Position numbers and translations under genes: made by a program. From assembly GCF_001194135.2 (NCBI RefSeq), contig NC_068993.1, positions 63,388,935 through 63,452,934 of the forward strand: DNA of 64,000 bases, in the 5' to 3' direction. The notes under the pieces were generated by a model that searched no databases, was not told the DNA's origin, and saw nothing but the letters and a program-made list of their open reading frames with translations. Origin of the DNA: Octopus bimaculoides. Its lineage: Eukaryota. Shown here one piece after another: positions 39,182 to 52,153 of this stretch. Each line of letters starts with the position of its first letter. The stretch's first letter is position 1.

Positions 39182-39596
39182 TCCTTTAGCACTTAAACCA
39201 GCCAAATCCGACCAAAATATTCTCCATGTTTTATCTTGAAATCAGCGAGATCTGGCCTCTCACACTTACTCTACAATATCATTTTAGAAATAAGCAATCA
39301 CATCATTGAAATCTCAAAGATATGCATGATTCAAAGCAATGTGAATAAATAAGGATTTCTGAATGCTACAGGATTAGCCCTTTTGCAGTGAGATTATCCT
39401 GTCAAATGTAATGCTGATTTATTCACATTGTTTGGAGTTAATCAGGAATTATCTTGTAACTAAGAAATTTCATGATGTGATTGCTTAGGTTTAGAAAGAC
39501 ATTGTATGAAATGTGTGAGAGGCCAGATGTGGCCAGTTTTAACATAAAACTGGTAGAATATTTGGGGAGGCTATAGTTGGTCTGAATGCTAAAAGG
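39182..39596. mobile_element. piggyBac-type foldback MITE with about 190-bp diverged inverted arms (KLHL8 intron 3)
   Basis: TTAA at 39178-81 and 39597-600. The arms share blocks such as atctggcctctcacac, aagcaatcacatcat and aatgtgaataaat, meeting at acaggat...atcctgt. Confidence 0.75.
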
Positions 39597-39812
39597 TTAA
39601 GGCAACAGAAAATGATTTGAGAGAAACTGACTGCTATTTCTTGCCAGTTGAATGGTTATATAGAGGCTCCTTTATTGGTTTGTTTGTTTGCATGTGGACT
39701 GTAGGATGATGATGATGATGATGATGATGCAGTGCTAGTATTATTATTATTGAAAATTTTCTGTGATATTTGTCAAAGATTCTAATCAAAGTGACTTGTA
39801 AAATATTTTCAG

Positions 39813-39981
39813 ACGTGGAATTGCCCTGGCCTGTTTAGGAGGTCCAATCTACGCCATTGGTGGTTTGGATGACACATCCTGCTTCAACACCGTGGAACGA
39901 TATGATCCTTCGACAGATGTCTGGACGTTTTTATCATCCATGAAGGTTCCTAGAGGCGGTGTAGGAGTTACGTCACAGAAA
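39813..39981 (+). CDS. KLHL8: KLHL8 coding exon 4 (Kelch 3)
   Basis: tattttcag| ... |gtaact, 169 nt, phase 2-0. RGIALACLGGPIYAIGGLDDTSCFNTVERYDPSTDVWTFLSSMKVPRGGVGVTSQK. Confidence 0.95.
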
Positions 39982-40016
39982 GTAACTATTACTATTCCTA
40001 TTATCGTTAAGGTGTC

Positions 40017-40650
40017 GAGCCAGCAGAATCATTTGTACACCAAGCAAAATGCTTAGTGACATTTTGCCAATCCTTAGGTTCTGAGTTCAAATTCTGCCAG
40101 GGTTAACTTTGGCTTTCATCCTTTTTGGGTTGATAAAATAAATACCAGTTGGACACTGGGGTCGATGTAATTGACTTAGCCCCTCCCTCAAAATTGCTGG
40201 CCTTCTGTCAAAATTTGAAAACTTTCATGCCAGACGAAATGCTTAATGGTATTTTGTCTGTCTTTACGTTCTGTGTTCAAATTCCGCCAAGGTCGACTTT
40301 GCCTTTCATCCTTTTGGGGTCGATTAAATAAGTACCAGTTATGCACTAGGATCGATGTAATCAGCTTAATCCATTATCTGTCCTTGTTTGTCCCCTCTAT
40401 GTTTAGCCCCCTGTGGGCAATAAAGAAATAGATTATTATTATTATTATCATCATTATTAATGTGAGTTGTCAGAATCGTTAGCTTGCCACTGTCTCTTCA
40501 TTCTGAGTTTAAATTCTACCAAGATTGAATTTGCTTTCCATCCTTTCAAGGGGTCAAGAAAATAAGTACCACTTGAGCACTGGGGTTGTTTAATCAACTA
40601 GTCTCCTCCTTGCGAAATTTCGGCTCATGAACTTGTAGTAGAAACAATTA
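40017..40650 (+). mobile_element. Three tandem family-A SINE copies just downstream of KLHL8 exon 4
   Basis: gagttcaaattc...tttcatcctttt...gataaa..aagtaccag is repeated at about 40.08, 40.28 and 40.50 kb. Confidence 0.75.
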
Positions 40651-41087
40651 TTATTATTATTATTATTATAGTCATCTGTATCTTAATGCCATAGCACCAA
40701 CCTACCATCCTTCTTGCCTATCTTTTGTATCAAATTGCAAACTATGCCATGAAATCAAGGAATATAATCTACTAGAGACACAACACTTGCATCATTTATA
40801 TTATTCAAATAAGTAATAAAAGAATATTTTAATTTCAGGATGGTATATGAATTTTTCATTATTCATTTAATCTTTTACCAATAATTGGATTCTGGCCAAA
40901 CTGGTTTATCACTTTCAAGCGTTTTGTTGAGGATATTGGTTCCAAGAATTATTTTAAAATTTGGTACCAATTTTATTGATGTGTAATCGTTGCACTGTTG
41001 TGTTATGGTATGTCAGCAACATCACTTGTTTTAAGCAGTATAAATATAAATACAGAGACACCAAAAAAGAAAAATATATATATACAT

Positions 41088-41311
41088 TTGCCAGTACCGC
41101 CTGACTGGCCGTTGTGCGGCTGACACGTAAAAGCACCCACTACACTCTCGGAGTGGTTGGCGTTAGGAAGGGCATCCAGCTGTAGAAACTCTGCCAAATC
41201 AGATTGGAGCCTGGTGTTGCCATCCGGTTTCACCAGTCCTCAGTCAAATCGTCCAACCCATGCTAGTATGGAAAGCGGACGTTAAACGATGATGATGATG
41301 ATGATGATGAT
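41088..41311 (+). mobile_element. Young RTE LINE 3' end
   Basis: Terminal ~140 nt differ from the 22.2-22.4 kb copy at 4 positions; (GAT)n tail. Confidence 0.85.
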
Positions 41312-42091
41312 ACACCAGCAGCAATATCAAAATCAAATCAAATAAGGGGAATAACTCTGCTGAGTTACCTCTCTTGATACGAATTTGGCATTTCCTCTTA
41401 GCACAGTTCTTAGCACAGTTATATTTTCTTAGTCATTTTGAAGGAGAAGAGCGAGTTGTATATGTAGGAAACCACAAATTTGCAGCAGGCAAAAAGAAGA
41501 TTGAGTAGCGTTCATGCCTTTGCTAAAGCAATTGACTTTAACTTAGTTACAGATGGTAAATATTTCCTTTTTTTTTATGCATTTGTTGTAATTCATGCCA
41601 CCACCATTGACCTTGTCTTTCATGGAACCAAGTTTAATAAGATAAGCACCAGTAACTCATGGATGATCGAACTGTATGCTTGTTCCTCTCCCTTACCAAA
41701 AATGTTGGGACTTCTACATATGTAAGATGGTAGTAATTAATAAAGATAGTAATTAATAAAGATAGTAATTAATAGAGCAGCAGCTTTATTACAGTAGTAG
41801 TAGTAGTAACAGTAGTGTTGCTGCATTAGCTGTTTGGTTTTATTTTGGGGCATAAACATAATATTTCACCAATTCAAAGCAAGTAGGAATGAGACTGAGT
41901 GATTGACATTCCTGGTTTTGCATCCCTGGAAAATACATCACTTAATTGACTGCACATCTTTTTTATTTTCATTCTTGTTTTTAGCCCATCAGATGCTTAT
42001 GTTTTATCTTGTCATATGACTTTTATTTCAGATTCAAAGCGTAGTTTCCACAATTTTCATTTTGCTATTTTTTCCCCTTCCAAATGTCTAG

Positions 42092-42251
42092 GGTTATCTC
42101 TATGCTGTTGGTGGCAATGATGGATCAACTTCACTGGATAGTTGTGAAAGATACAATCCACTAACAAATAAATGGACCACAATTGCTTACATGAACAAGA
42201 GACGAGCCGGTGCTGGAGTTACTGTGCTCAACGGAATGGTGTACGCCGTTG
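42092..42251 (+). CDS. KLHL8: KLHL8 coding exon 5 (Kelch 4)
   Basis: Pyrimidine tract then tctag| ... |gtgagt, 160 nt, phase 0-1. GYLYAVGGNDGSTSLDSCERYNPLTNKWTTIAYMNKRRAGAGVTVLNGMVYAV. Confidence 0.95.
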
Positions 42252-42412
42252 GTGAGTGACTTTCTTTGTCTTTCTGGGCAATAAGGATCAAATCTATTCT
42301 TTGTCATTAATTTATATCCTTGCATAGGACAGACAAATTGTTTCAAATGTTTTGTATTGTGAAACAGATTGCAGAATCATATTGCATGTGTATTATATAC
42401 ACATGCAATATG

Positions 42413-42451
<39 letters not shown>

Positions 42452-42455
<4 letters not shown>

Positions 42456-42720
42456 GGTGGCCAGATGGTAGAATCATTAGCACACCGGGCAAAGTGCTTA
42501 GCTGTATTTTGTCTGCCGTTACGTTCTGAGTTCAAATTCCACTGAGGTCGACTTTGCCTTTCGTCCTTTTGGGGTTGATGTAATCGACTTAACCCCTTTG
42601 TCTGTNNNNNNNNNNTTTGCCTTTCGTCCTTTTGGGGTTGATGTAATCGACTTAACCCCTTTGTCTGTCCTTGTTTGTCCCCTCTATGTTTAGCCCCCTG
42701 TGGGCAATAAAGAAATCAAA
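42452..42720 (+). mobile_element. Family-A SINE (spans a 10-N gap)
   Basis: Head and central domain as at 20.1 kb; tail gtttagccccctgtgggcaataaag. Confidence 0.75.
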
Positions 42721-43401
42721 ATATATATATATAAGTGAAGGAGACAGCTAATGAGCTGTATGTGCGTGCTTGTTCCCCTTTGTCTGTGTGCATGTGTGTT
42801 TGTGTGTATGTATAGATGAACTTGCTTCCTATCTCTCTGTCTGAAATGAAAACATGTCTACCGAAGTCAACTCTGGGCCTGTGGGTTTATGATCAAAGAT
42901 TTCCCGGTCATGACTATCCTGTCTTTTTTTCACATTTAGTAGGTATTTAGTTACTAAAACCAAAGAAACAGGTGGTGACTGAGTCATTAGAAATCATTTA
43001 GTAAACTGTATGGAGATGATTAGAATGATGTTTTAAGCAGACCTTTATCAGACATAAAAAATATTTTTATTTAAGCAAGTGTTCTCTCGCAAAGTGTCAT
43101 TTTTCTTATCTCCCCCTGAATACATGAACTCACCCAAATTTACAGACCTTACTTCAGTATATCTGGGATGATAAATTATGATGTGAGAGAAATTGGTTGA
43201 CATTCATGAAGGCTAAGTTATAACAGAGAATATGGTCTATTCTTATAAATATTTCTGTCTTAATGGTAATCCAATTTAGCCCAATTTCAAAGCAAAAGGC
43301 TTAATTCCTTCACCGATGCACTCTCGAACGTGAGTGTTATGTCTGTGTTATCTCGTTGGCCATCTTCAGGTGGATTCTATTTTCATTTTTCCATGTTTCA
43401 G

Positions 43402-43603
43402 GTGGTTTTGATGACAATGCTCCACTACACTCTATGGAACGTTACGATCCAGCATCAGATTCCTGGACATTGATGCCGTCAATGTCATGTTGTCGGGGAG
43501 GAGTTGGTGTTGCTACGCTTGGAGGTAAAATTTTTGCTGTTGGTGGCCATGATGGATCCAGTTACTTGAATTCTGTTGAAGCCTTTGATCCGAGTACTGG
43601 GAA
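43402..43603 (+). CDS. KLHL8: KLHL8 coding exon 6 (Kelch 5-6)
   Basis: catgtttcag| ... |gtaagt, 202 nt, phase 1-2. GGFDDNAPLHSMERYDPASDSWTLMPSMSCCRGGVGVATLGGKIFAVGGHDGSSYLNSVEAFDPSTG. Confidence 0.95.
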
Positions 43604-43730
43604 GTAAGTTAACTGTCATTGTTGTTGTTGTTGTTATTAATATTATTATTATTACTACTACTACGAAATGTAATGAAGGAAATATACCAATGTTAACAAC
43701 CAGAATATAAGTCTTTACCATATTTTCTAG

Positions 43731-43846
43731 GTGGATGATGATGTCAAACATAGAAGTATGTCGTGCTGGTGCTGGAGTTGCCGTCTTGGACTGTTCAGTG
43801 GAACAACTAGAAGACATTCGGAAAACAGTCAATACATCCAGTGCTG
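43731..43846 (+). CDS. KLHL8: KLHL8 coding exon 7 (end of Kelch 6); can alternatively read through to TGA at 43858-43860
   Basis: tattttctag| after a 127-nt intron. KWMMMSNIEVCRAGAGVAVLDCSVEQLEDIRKTVNTSSA, then the strong donor G|gtaagg at 43846/7. Confidence 0.9.
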
Positions 43847-46429
43847 GTAAGGAATTTTGATTCTTTACTCCCTCATCTCACCATAATTCTATTCTTCTAT
43901 GTTCTCGCTATTTCACCTTGCCTGTCATAGCAACTCATTCTTCACCGTTTCCCAACATGAGCTTTTCAGGGTTTCATTACTCATCTTCTTTTACTTTTTT
44001 ATGTTACTTCTGCTGTTTGTTTTGTTTCTGTTATTATTATTGTTTTGTTATTATTATTATTATTTTCTTATTCTTTCAATTCTGTTTCCATTCTTTATCA
44101 AGTGTCTTGCCGACACCTAGGGCAAAGGAACTCCCTGTATACATTGACAGGCCATTAAAATAGACGCACCAGATTTTGTTCATTTACAAAATCTAATAAA
44201 GTTACGTAAAAAAGCAAAAATTACTCATAGCAAAGGTTATCATTCTCACATTGGCAATGCTCTTCTCAATACATGTAACGTACCATTTATTACTGCATCA
44301 CTGAAAATTGATATCTACTCATTTGCGTCACATTCCTAGCAATAGCACCCGTCCCTTCCATTCTAGGACCCTTTCTTTCTTTTTTAACCCCAGTTAAACC
44401 AGGTAGGGTAAATGAGGTAGACTTTGTGAGTGAGAGGTGTGAATACTTTCGACCTGCTGTTTGATTTAAAATATCAGATACAGATTATGATGGCAATGTT
44501 ATAATCCTGGTTTAATACCTTACAGTATTTAGTTGCAGCCCTTTGCACCTCGCTTCACATCTCTTCAGTCTCAAATTTGGATCTTATTCCTCTGGGGTCA
44601 ATAAAATATGTACCCGGCAAAAACTCAATTGTACCATCCCTCTGTTAATAAATTATGAACCTTGTATCAAATGAGGGAAATTAGGGTATAACAAAGCTGT
44701 TTCATGTAGATAAAATAAAATCAGACTCTCCCTTTAAAGGAGTTTGTTTCTTTTTGGTGTCTCTTTATAATTAGCTTTGATAAATTTATAGTTAATATTC
44801 TAAGATTGGAATTTAATCAACTGAACTAGTCATTTTCTGAACTCAAGTCTCATTTTCATTTGGCTAAAAATATCTCGGAGCCTTTTTTCTTATTTTCGCT
44901 ACATTGTTTAATTGTTAGATTGAAGAGAAAGGGTGTGTGTATGTGATTGTATGCCTGTGGATATTGTTCCTATTTTTCCTACCTTTCACTGCTACTACAT
45001 TCCCTCCCCTAAACATTTTTCTCTCTCCTTTGCATTTTGCCTCTCCCTTCAGCTAAGCACAACATGGTAACTTCCTCTTTCTCCTACCTCTCACTGCTAA
45101 ACATGCCTCTTTCTCTCTCTCTCCAACACACAATTTGCCTATGCAGCATGTTACATGGCCCATAAGCAGGCTAATATCATAGATTATTTTATTCATTCCA
45201 TTTCATTGTATTTTGTGTAAAATGAAGTCTTAAAAACCTTGCTTGGAAACAGGTGTGGGTAGGTGACTGGAAGAGCATCCGACTGTAAAGAATCTTCCTC
45301 GGTGCATTCCATCTGAGCCATGCAACCATGGAAAAGTGGATGTTAAAACAATGATGAGGATGAATATATTGGATTATAGTAGATTATCCACTCTTGTAGC
45401 AGTTGTGCAACACTGCATATAAAACATGGTGTTATATAAGATTTTTAAGATAATTTGGCTCCAAAATCACGATGTACAAAGGACTTTGATGGGAAACAAA
45501 AAAAAAAACGGAAAAATATAATTTAAGCACAGGTCTACTGCTGGTGTGTATTGAACAGGGAATATAATGGTATCTTTCTCTTAACAGCTCATATCTTTGA
45601 TTGTTTCTTATTTTTTGATATCTAGATTTTTATTCATTTAATACTCATCTCTATGTCATTGTAGACCTTTAGCTTAATTGCTCTTTAATTAGTATATAAC
45701 TTTACTAACTCTTTTATAATTAGCATACTATAACAATAATAGCTTAGTTCACTGCCATTTGACCATAACACCATTTGTTCTATGCTAGCCAATGAGGAGC
45801 TTCCATATCACCTGAATGCTAAAAATAACTACAAAATCTCCCTCAAATCATACTCTGCTGTCTGCAAAAGAAAAGATCTAGTCTTACTTTAGCCCTCAAA
45901 AGACAGGATGATGACATCTGATCTGCTTTTAATCAAAGTTGACTAAACTATAACAGCAATTTCTCTGTGGGTTGCCATGTTCTAACACCATTGACCATTG
46001 ACCAGCATAAAATACCAGTTATTGCTTACAATCAAGAACAAGAGATCTCTTCACTTAGCCATGTCCATCATTGCTGTTCATTACATCATCGTCATCATCA
46101 TCATCATCACTAATGTCGTTCTCATTATTGTTGCTTACACCATCGTCACTTTCAGCATCCATTATCAACATCATTTGCTGTTTTGCCAGTTTCATCTGTT
46201 TTTACCAACTTATTTTATTATTGTTTTTCAACCTGGTTGTCTCTGTTCCTGTTCCATGTTGGGTTTGAAACCTTCTCTCCTGCGTCAACTTTTACTTAAA
46301 ACTAAGTGGACTATTTTTGATCATTTTAAAAGTTGATGAGAAGAAATCAATCCTCTTATCTTTTCACGTTCTTTTGAGAGAGGTGGGTGGGAACGTTTGA
46401 AGAGATGATTGCATGTGTTGGGGGGGGGG

Positions 46430-47260
46430 GTTCTTTTCTCTCGCCTCATTTTGCCTCTTATTGCAGTCCTTTGTCCTCTTGTTCATACGAGGTTCAGCTT
46501 CTTAAGTTAACCTTTTCTATTTCTCCCCATATTTCCTTTGGTCTTCCTCTTTCCCTCACCTTCTTTCCACTTGGGATCACTTGGCCCTTTCCTACCCAAC
46601 TGTCATCCTCCTCTTCATCTGATTCTTCTTATGCTTAATCCTTCTCTCAGCTCATGTTCTGCTGTTCTTGTACAGTCACATCGCACACAGCCAATGGATT
46701 TATATTTGCTTCAGTTCTTTTGAGCCTTTATACATCCTCATGCAGCCATTGTACCTCATACGCAAGCAGCACAAAATCTGCTCTCTTCATTCAGACAGGG
46801 ATTCTCTTTGCTGCCTGTACAGAAAATACCTGAGCTTTTTTCCACCCTCTCCTTATTTTGGTTTATATGCTTTAGGAAGACCCACCTTTAATGCTAATTA
46901 AGTTATCTAGATAATGGAAGCTATCAACCAGTTCTATGAAACCATCTGAGTATTGAAAACATTTCAGGGCTGTGGTCTTTCTCTGCCTCTTGCACACTTT
47001 TAATTTTCATTGGGTGCCCCACATTGAAGTCCTGTCTACCCTTTTCTTGTATATTCATGTAACCATTTCCCTGATGGCAGCAGGCTCACTGTCTTCCTCC
47101 TTATTACATCATACTTTTGGTCTTTGATACTTTAAGCTGTGTTGATTCTAGGCTTTGCTTCCCAAACTGCATCTCATCTAAGCTGACTTCTTTATTAATT
47201 GTTCCTTAACTGATTGCATTACTCTGAAAACTCGGTTCACACGTTTCTTGCACCTTTTAA
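46430..47260 (-). mobile_element. Degraded, internally deleted RTE-type LINE (antisense in last KLHL8 intron)
   Basis: Minus-strand pieces: KEVSLDEMQFG, LPSGKW, LVDSFHYLDNLISIKGGSS, GRGRPKEIWGE. Same family as 52.9 kb and 12.5 kb. Confidence 0.65.
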
Positions 47261-47399
47261 GAGAAAGTTCTTTTGTCTGTGCTAGCAGCTGGTGTTGATA
47301 TTACAGTGCCATTCACTGTGCCATGGTGCCTCCAATGCCTAAATATATCCACTACCCTAAATGTATAACAATTCTTTCTATTATAGGCAAAGGACCTGT

Positions 47400-48308
47400 A
47401 ATTTAGTGAGAGGGGGGGGGGGCTATTTGATTACTTTGATCCCCCAGTGTCTCACTGGTACTTATTTATCAACCATGAAAGGATGAAAGGCAAAATTGAC
47501 CAGGGTGGAATTTGAATTCGTAACATAAAGGTGGATAAAATGGCTGCTAAGCATTTTATCCAACCTGTTAAAGACTCTGCCATCTCTGCTGCCTGTGAAT
47601 AATAAGAAGAGGATGAGGATTTCAGACTGGAATTTATTTCATTGACCCCGAAAGGATGCAAAACTGAGTCAACCCCTGGCAGAATTTGAAACTCAGAATG
47701 TTAAAGCAGAGACAAAATGCTGCTAAGTATTTTGCCTGGATTGCTAACGAGTCTGCCAGCTCATTACCTTAATTGATAAATATAATTAAAGGCAAAGTTT
47801 ACCTCTGCAGCATTTCAACTCAGATTGTAACAAGCCAAATAATTCCTACATTTTCTTTTCCCTTCTTCTTTTTCTTCTTCTTCTTCTTCTTCTTCTTCTT
47901 CTAGCCTCTATGAAATGATGAATCTGTGCATTTCTTTCCCCTTCAGGGTCAGTGATACAGAGACAACATGGGGAATAAGAAATAAGCATTCCAAAGACGT
48001 ATCTCCCGGTTTCCATATTTTTGCCCCTTTTTCCCCCCTTTTTCTTCCATAAAACGTTTCCATTTGTTTTTGTTGATGAAAACAAAAACAAGCAAAACCC
48101 TTATGTTGACATGTAAGTAAAAATCAACAGAACTATTTCTCCTTAACTTTGCTCTAGAATTAATAAGACCCCAGAATGCACAGTATTCAATTAAACTGTC
48201 TTTAAATAATGCTTACAATAACACCCCAGCCTACTCATTCACCCGATAGAAGCCTGCTTTCAAAAATTTAATTTGCTCTGTGTTTATTAACAAACTAACA
48301 CAATTTTC

Positions 48309-48375
<67 letters not shown>

Positions 48376-49112
48376 GTTATTATTACTGTGAGCTGGCTGA
48401 ATTATTAACACTTTCGACAAAGTGCTCAGCAGTGTTTTATCTGTCTATACATTTTGAGTTCAAATTCTGCCGAGGTCAACTTTACCTTTCATCCTTTTGG
48501 AGTTGATAAAATAGAATACTAGTAAAGTACTGGGGATGATGTAATCGATTTGCCGCCTTCCTCCATAGTAGTATGAATTATTTGCCCTTAAGAGTGGAAG
48601 ACAAGCAGAATCATTAGAGCCTTACACTTTCTCATGTCTTTACATCCCGAGTTCAAATCCCAGCAAGACCCACTTTGCATTCTTCCAGGGTTGACAAAAT
48701 ATATTACCAGCCGAGTACTGCAGTCAATTATATTGACTTTCCTCTTCCCTCAATTCTCCGTTCTTTTTCCTATGTTAGAAATAATAATAATTATTATTAT
48801 CTTTCTTATGAATGGTTTTAGGAAATCCATCAGGAATCAGGAATTTCCTTTCTTAAAAACTGTGCCCTAATGATATTTACTGATCCTCGTATTATTATTA
48901 TTATTATTATTATTATAATTATTATTGCAATGTGTATGTCTATCGTTGTAGATAATTAGTCAGTGTCTTTACACGAGTGGTTGCGTATAATTCTTGTCTG
49001 ACCAATTTATTATTAAGGGTAATGCATTGATTAAGTCATTTGAGTATGAAACTAAAGGCCTTCGATATTTTTTATCGACCCTGAAAGGATGAAAGTTGAA
49101 TTTGGTGGAATT

Positions 49113-49115
<3 letters not shown>
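47400..49115. mobile_element. Cluster of at least five family-A SINEs in mixed orientation
   Basis: Minus copies at about 47.40-47.58, 47.63-47.77 and 48.96-49.11 kb; plus copies at about 48.39-48.57 and 48.60-48.79 kb. Confidence 0.7.
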
Positions 49116-49156
<41 letters not shown>

Positions 49157-49415
49157 GTATTGTTGTTTGTGTTTTTATCTTGCATGTTTCTGGTTTTGTT
49201 TTTTCTTTCAACAACAAGCATGCTATAAAATTAGAATTAATTTGATACTTGACCTTATCTTTGGAAGTGAATATTTATATCAAGACTACATTTTTCTGTC
49301 TGATCGGAGATCATCATTGTGTCATTTGTCTGTGGCCAAGTGGAATAAAAATATTATCTCTCTGTTTGGGAAAATAAAGGTTCCTCATTTGAACATAGTG
49401 CTGTACTACAGACAT

Positions 49416-49567
49416 ATCATCATCATCATCGTTTAACGTCCGCTTTCCATGCTAGCATGGGTTGAACGATTTGACTGAGGACTGGTGAAACCAGATGGCA
49501 ACACCAGGCTCCAATCTGATTTGGCAGAGTTTCTACAGCTGGATGCCCTTCCTAACGCCAACCACTC
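49416..49567 (-). mobile_element. Young RTE LINE 3' end
   Basis: Reverse complement differs from the 41.1 kb copy at 3 positions over ~140 nt; (ATC)n at the left end. Confidence 0.85.
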
Positions 49568-50508
49568 AGGAATAAAACACCAGCTGACAATCAGGGATTA
49601 AGTCACTTGAAACATAGTCATCATCATCATTATCATCATCAGTCGACATCTGTTTTCCATGCTGGCATGGGTTGGACAGTTTTGTTTCAGACATTTGTTT
49701 AGTATCAAGAGATTTTTGTTTATTGTTAACTCAAGTCAGTCTTAATTAGATGCACAAAAGATTAATGGTGCCCCAGCTTTGACTAGCCATTTTTGTTTTT
49801 GTTATTCATACATAGTGTATCTTGGACTACATTGTTCAATGTGTTCTTTTCTAAAATAGTAAGGTGTGATTTTAGGGAGAATTGACTGTTGTTTATTGCA
49901 GTTTGTGTGACCTGATGACATAGAGCTGAGTCTCTTGCACTTTCTATCACTCCCTTTCCTTTATCAACATTCCCTTACAACAGTTCAAGCCTTTCCCCAC
50001 TCTCCTCCCACCCCCAAAAGTTTTTCCATTGCCTCACGGAGTCAGGGTGTAGTGTGCCAATCACCCACTTTGACAAGCTCTGACACACAGTTTTCCCACT
50101 CATTGGCTCTTTTATCACTGTTTGTATACACACCTAAGATACAAAGGTAATATATTCGATAAACCTTACAGTGGCATCTGGTCACTTGCCTCCATGTTTT
50201 GGTGTTTGTTGTACTTCAGAATTGAAAACATGTGACAGAGTAGGGTGGGGTTATTTGAAAATTCATTGACAGAAATCTGTTGTTAGAAGGAGCAAGTTGC
50301 TCAGCCACCTAACTGTTGACTTGTATTTGGTTTCCACATTGTATTCTTTGTCATTCTGTGTCCTTTGTTTTGCTTTTCTGATGCTACTTTTCTATTGTGT
50401 GTGTGAAAGAGAAAGAGAGAGGGCGAATTGGTTTTATTTAATTAATATATTTATTCATATACAGGTATTTATACTTGTTTAAAAGGATCTTTTTCATTTT
50501 CTTTTCAG

Positions 50509-50522
50509 CTGTGCGTTTATAA
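50509..50522 (+). CDS. KLHL8: Probable KLHL8 terminal coding exon (adds A-V-R-L-stop)
   Basis: Strong acceptor tttttcattttcttttcag| at 50508. The phase-1 join gives G|CT GTG CGT TTA TAA. It is followed by about 1.6 kb of UTR-like sequence with no recognisable TE and AATAAA at 50709 and 51078. Confidence 0.55.
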
Positions 50523-51083
50523 CAAACGTGTTAAGATGGTCGACATGTAAACTAAATCATAAGAAAGGAAGGACACAAAAAAAAAATCCATCCGCCAGTC
50601 ATTTGATAAACCAAATATCTTCATTAAACATTGGCTGCTATTTCTAATGGGAACCTTTTTAAAAAATCACAGGTGAGACTTTACCAAAACCATAGAATGT
50701 GGCTGGTCAATAAATTTCGCACAAAAGACCTGAAGTCATTCCAGACTGAGCAGAGCACATCAAGTCAAGACAGAAAAATGGAAATCTGAAAGACCAGAAC
50801 AAATCAAGGGAAGAGAGAGAGAGAGATCAAATCTCGATGGATCAAGAGTTGACTGAACAACTCAAAGGGCAGGTCATGTCAAGAGAAAAATGAGAGAAAA
50901 TGGTGCAGAACCAATCTAAATTATCTATTGTTATAAACAGATGTATAAAAATCGAAAACAAAGAATATGGGGCTTGTCTCAGAAATTGAAATGAGAACAA
51001 AAAAAGTGGGGTGGGGAAATGTATTTTTCAATTATTTTATTCAATATTATTTGAATCTTTTTTTTTTTATACATGACAATAAA
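50523..51083 (+). promoter_or_regulatory. Candidate KLHL8 3' UTR with poly(A) signals (AATAAA 50709-50714, 51078-51083)
   Basis: Follows the stop at 50520-50522. AT-rich and lacks the SINE fragments that fill the introns. Confidence 0.45.
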
Positions 51084-51214
51084 GCGAATGACTTTGATAC
51101 AAAATTATAAAAAACAAAAACGAACAGAACTTTCTTTGATCAGGAAATTATCATGAAATTTGCATTGTATTTACCATATATTTCTTCATTCATCATTTGT
51201 TATTTTCTAAACCA

Positions 51215-51249
<35 letters not shown>

Positions 51250-52153
51250 TTATGAAAAAAAAAAAATAGTCCCTGTCAAGTTTGCTTTGGCAGACTGTTT
51301 GTCAGGGTATTGAACTGACCAAAGAAAACATTCAATGTTGATACTTCTGTCTGTAATCGTCCCATTTATATGGGGCAATGCTGTCTTTAGATTTTAGGGG
51401 CGTGGAATAAAAATGTGCCTACTTTAAAGACAGTAGTGGGTTTGTTAAAAGATTGCTTTTAGTTGACTGCTGTTATGTTGAGAACTTTGGGGCAAATATG
51501 GTGAGAGACAGAGTGGAAGGACTCTGAAGAAATATGACTCTATTTCGGTACTAAAGTTGGTGCTTCCTATTTAAAGTTGGTAAATCCTATTTGAACCAGC
51601 AATGCTGCCTTTCGTTTCAACTCCACTCTTTCCCAATCCCTTCAGAAAGAATAAAATAAAACTTGTAACAAAGAAGTTTTCACCTTGTAGGAAAAGAAAA
51701 CAAAAAAAAACCCAAAAAAACCTTTGGGCTTTGAAAGAAACTTTGTATTTGTGATGAGGGGACAACGTTGTATTATTTTGATTGTAAAAAATGACTTTGT
51801 GGTCACACTTAGTTCATAGAAAGTAATAGGGACCCACCCATCATTTCTGTGACCCCCATCATTCAATCTTTCAATTCTTAACATACACAACATCCTTACT
51901 AACATTTTTTTGTTGTTGTTGTTGTTGTCAATTAGGTAGAATAAACTTAAGGCTATAGGGGACAGCCTTAACAACTGTCTGCAACACTTCTGGCTGCCCC
52001 CCCCCCACTAGTTTAATGCATTTCCCATTTAGTCAGTCTTCAAGAGAATCAGGAATTGATTATAATATGTAATTTCTTTTCTGAGTATCAGTTAGAAATG
52101 TATCTTCATTAATATTAACAACAACAACAACAATAATTATGTATATGTGTATA

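Noticed and set aside
42553-42668. Exact 53-nt direct repeat flanking a 10-N gap
   Set aside because: Same artefact as at 2.1 kb.
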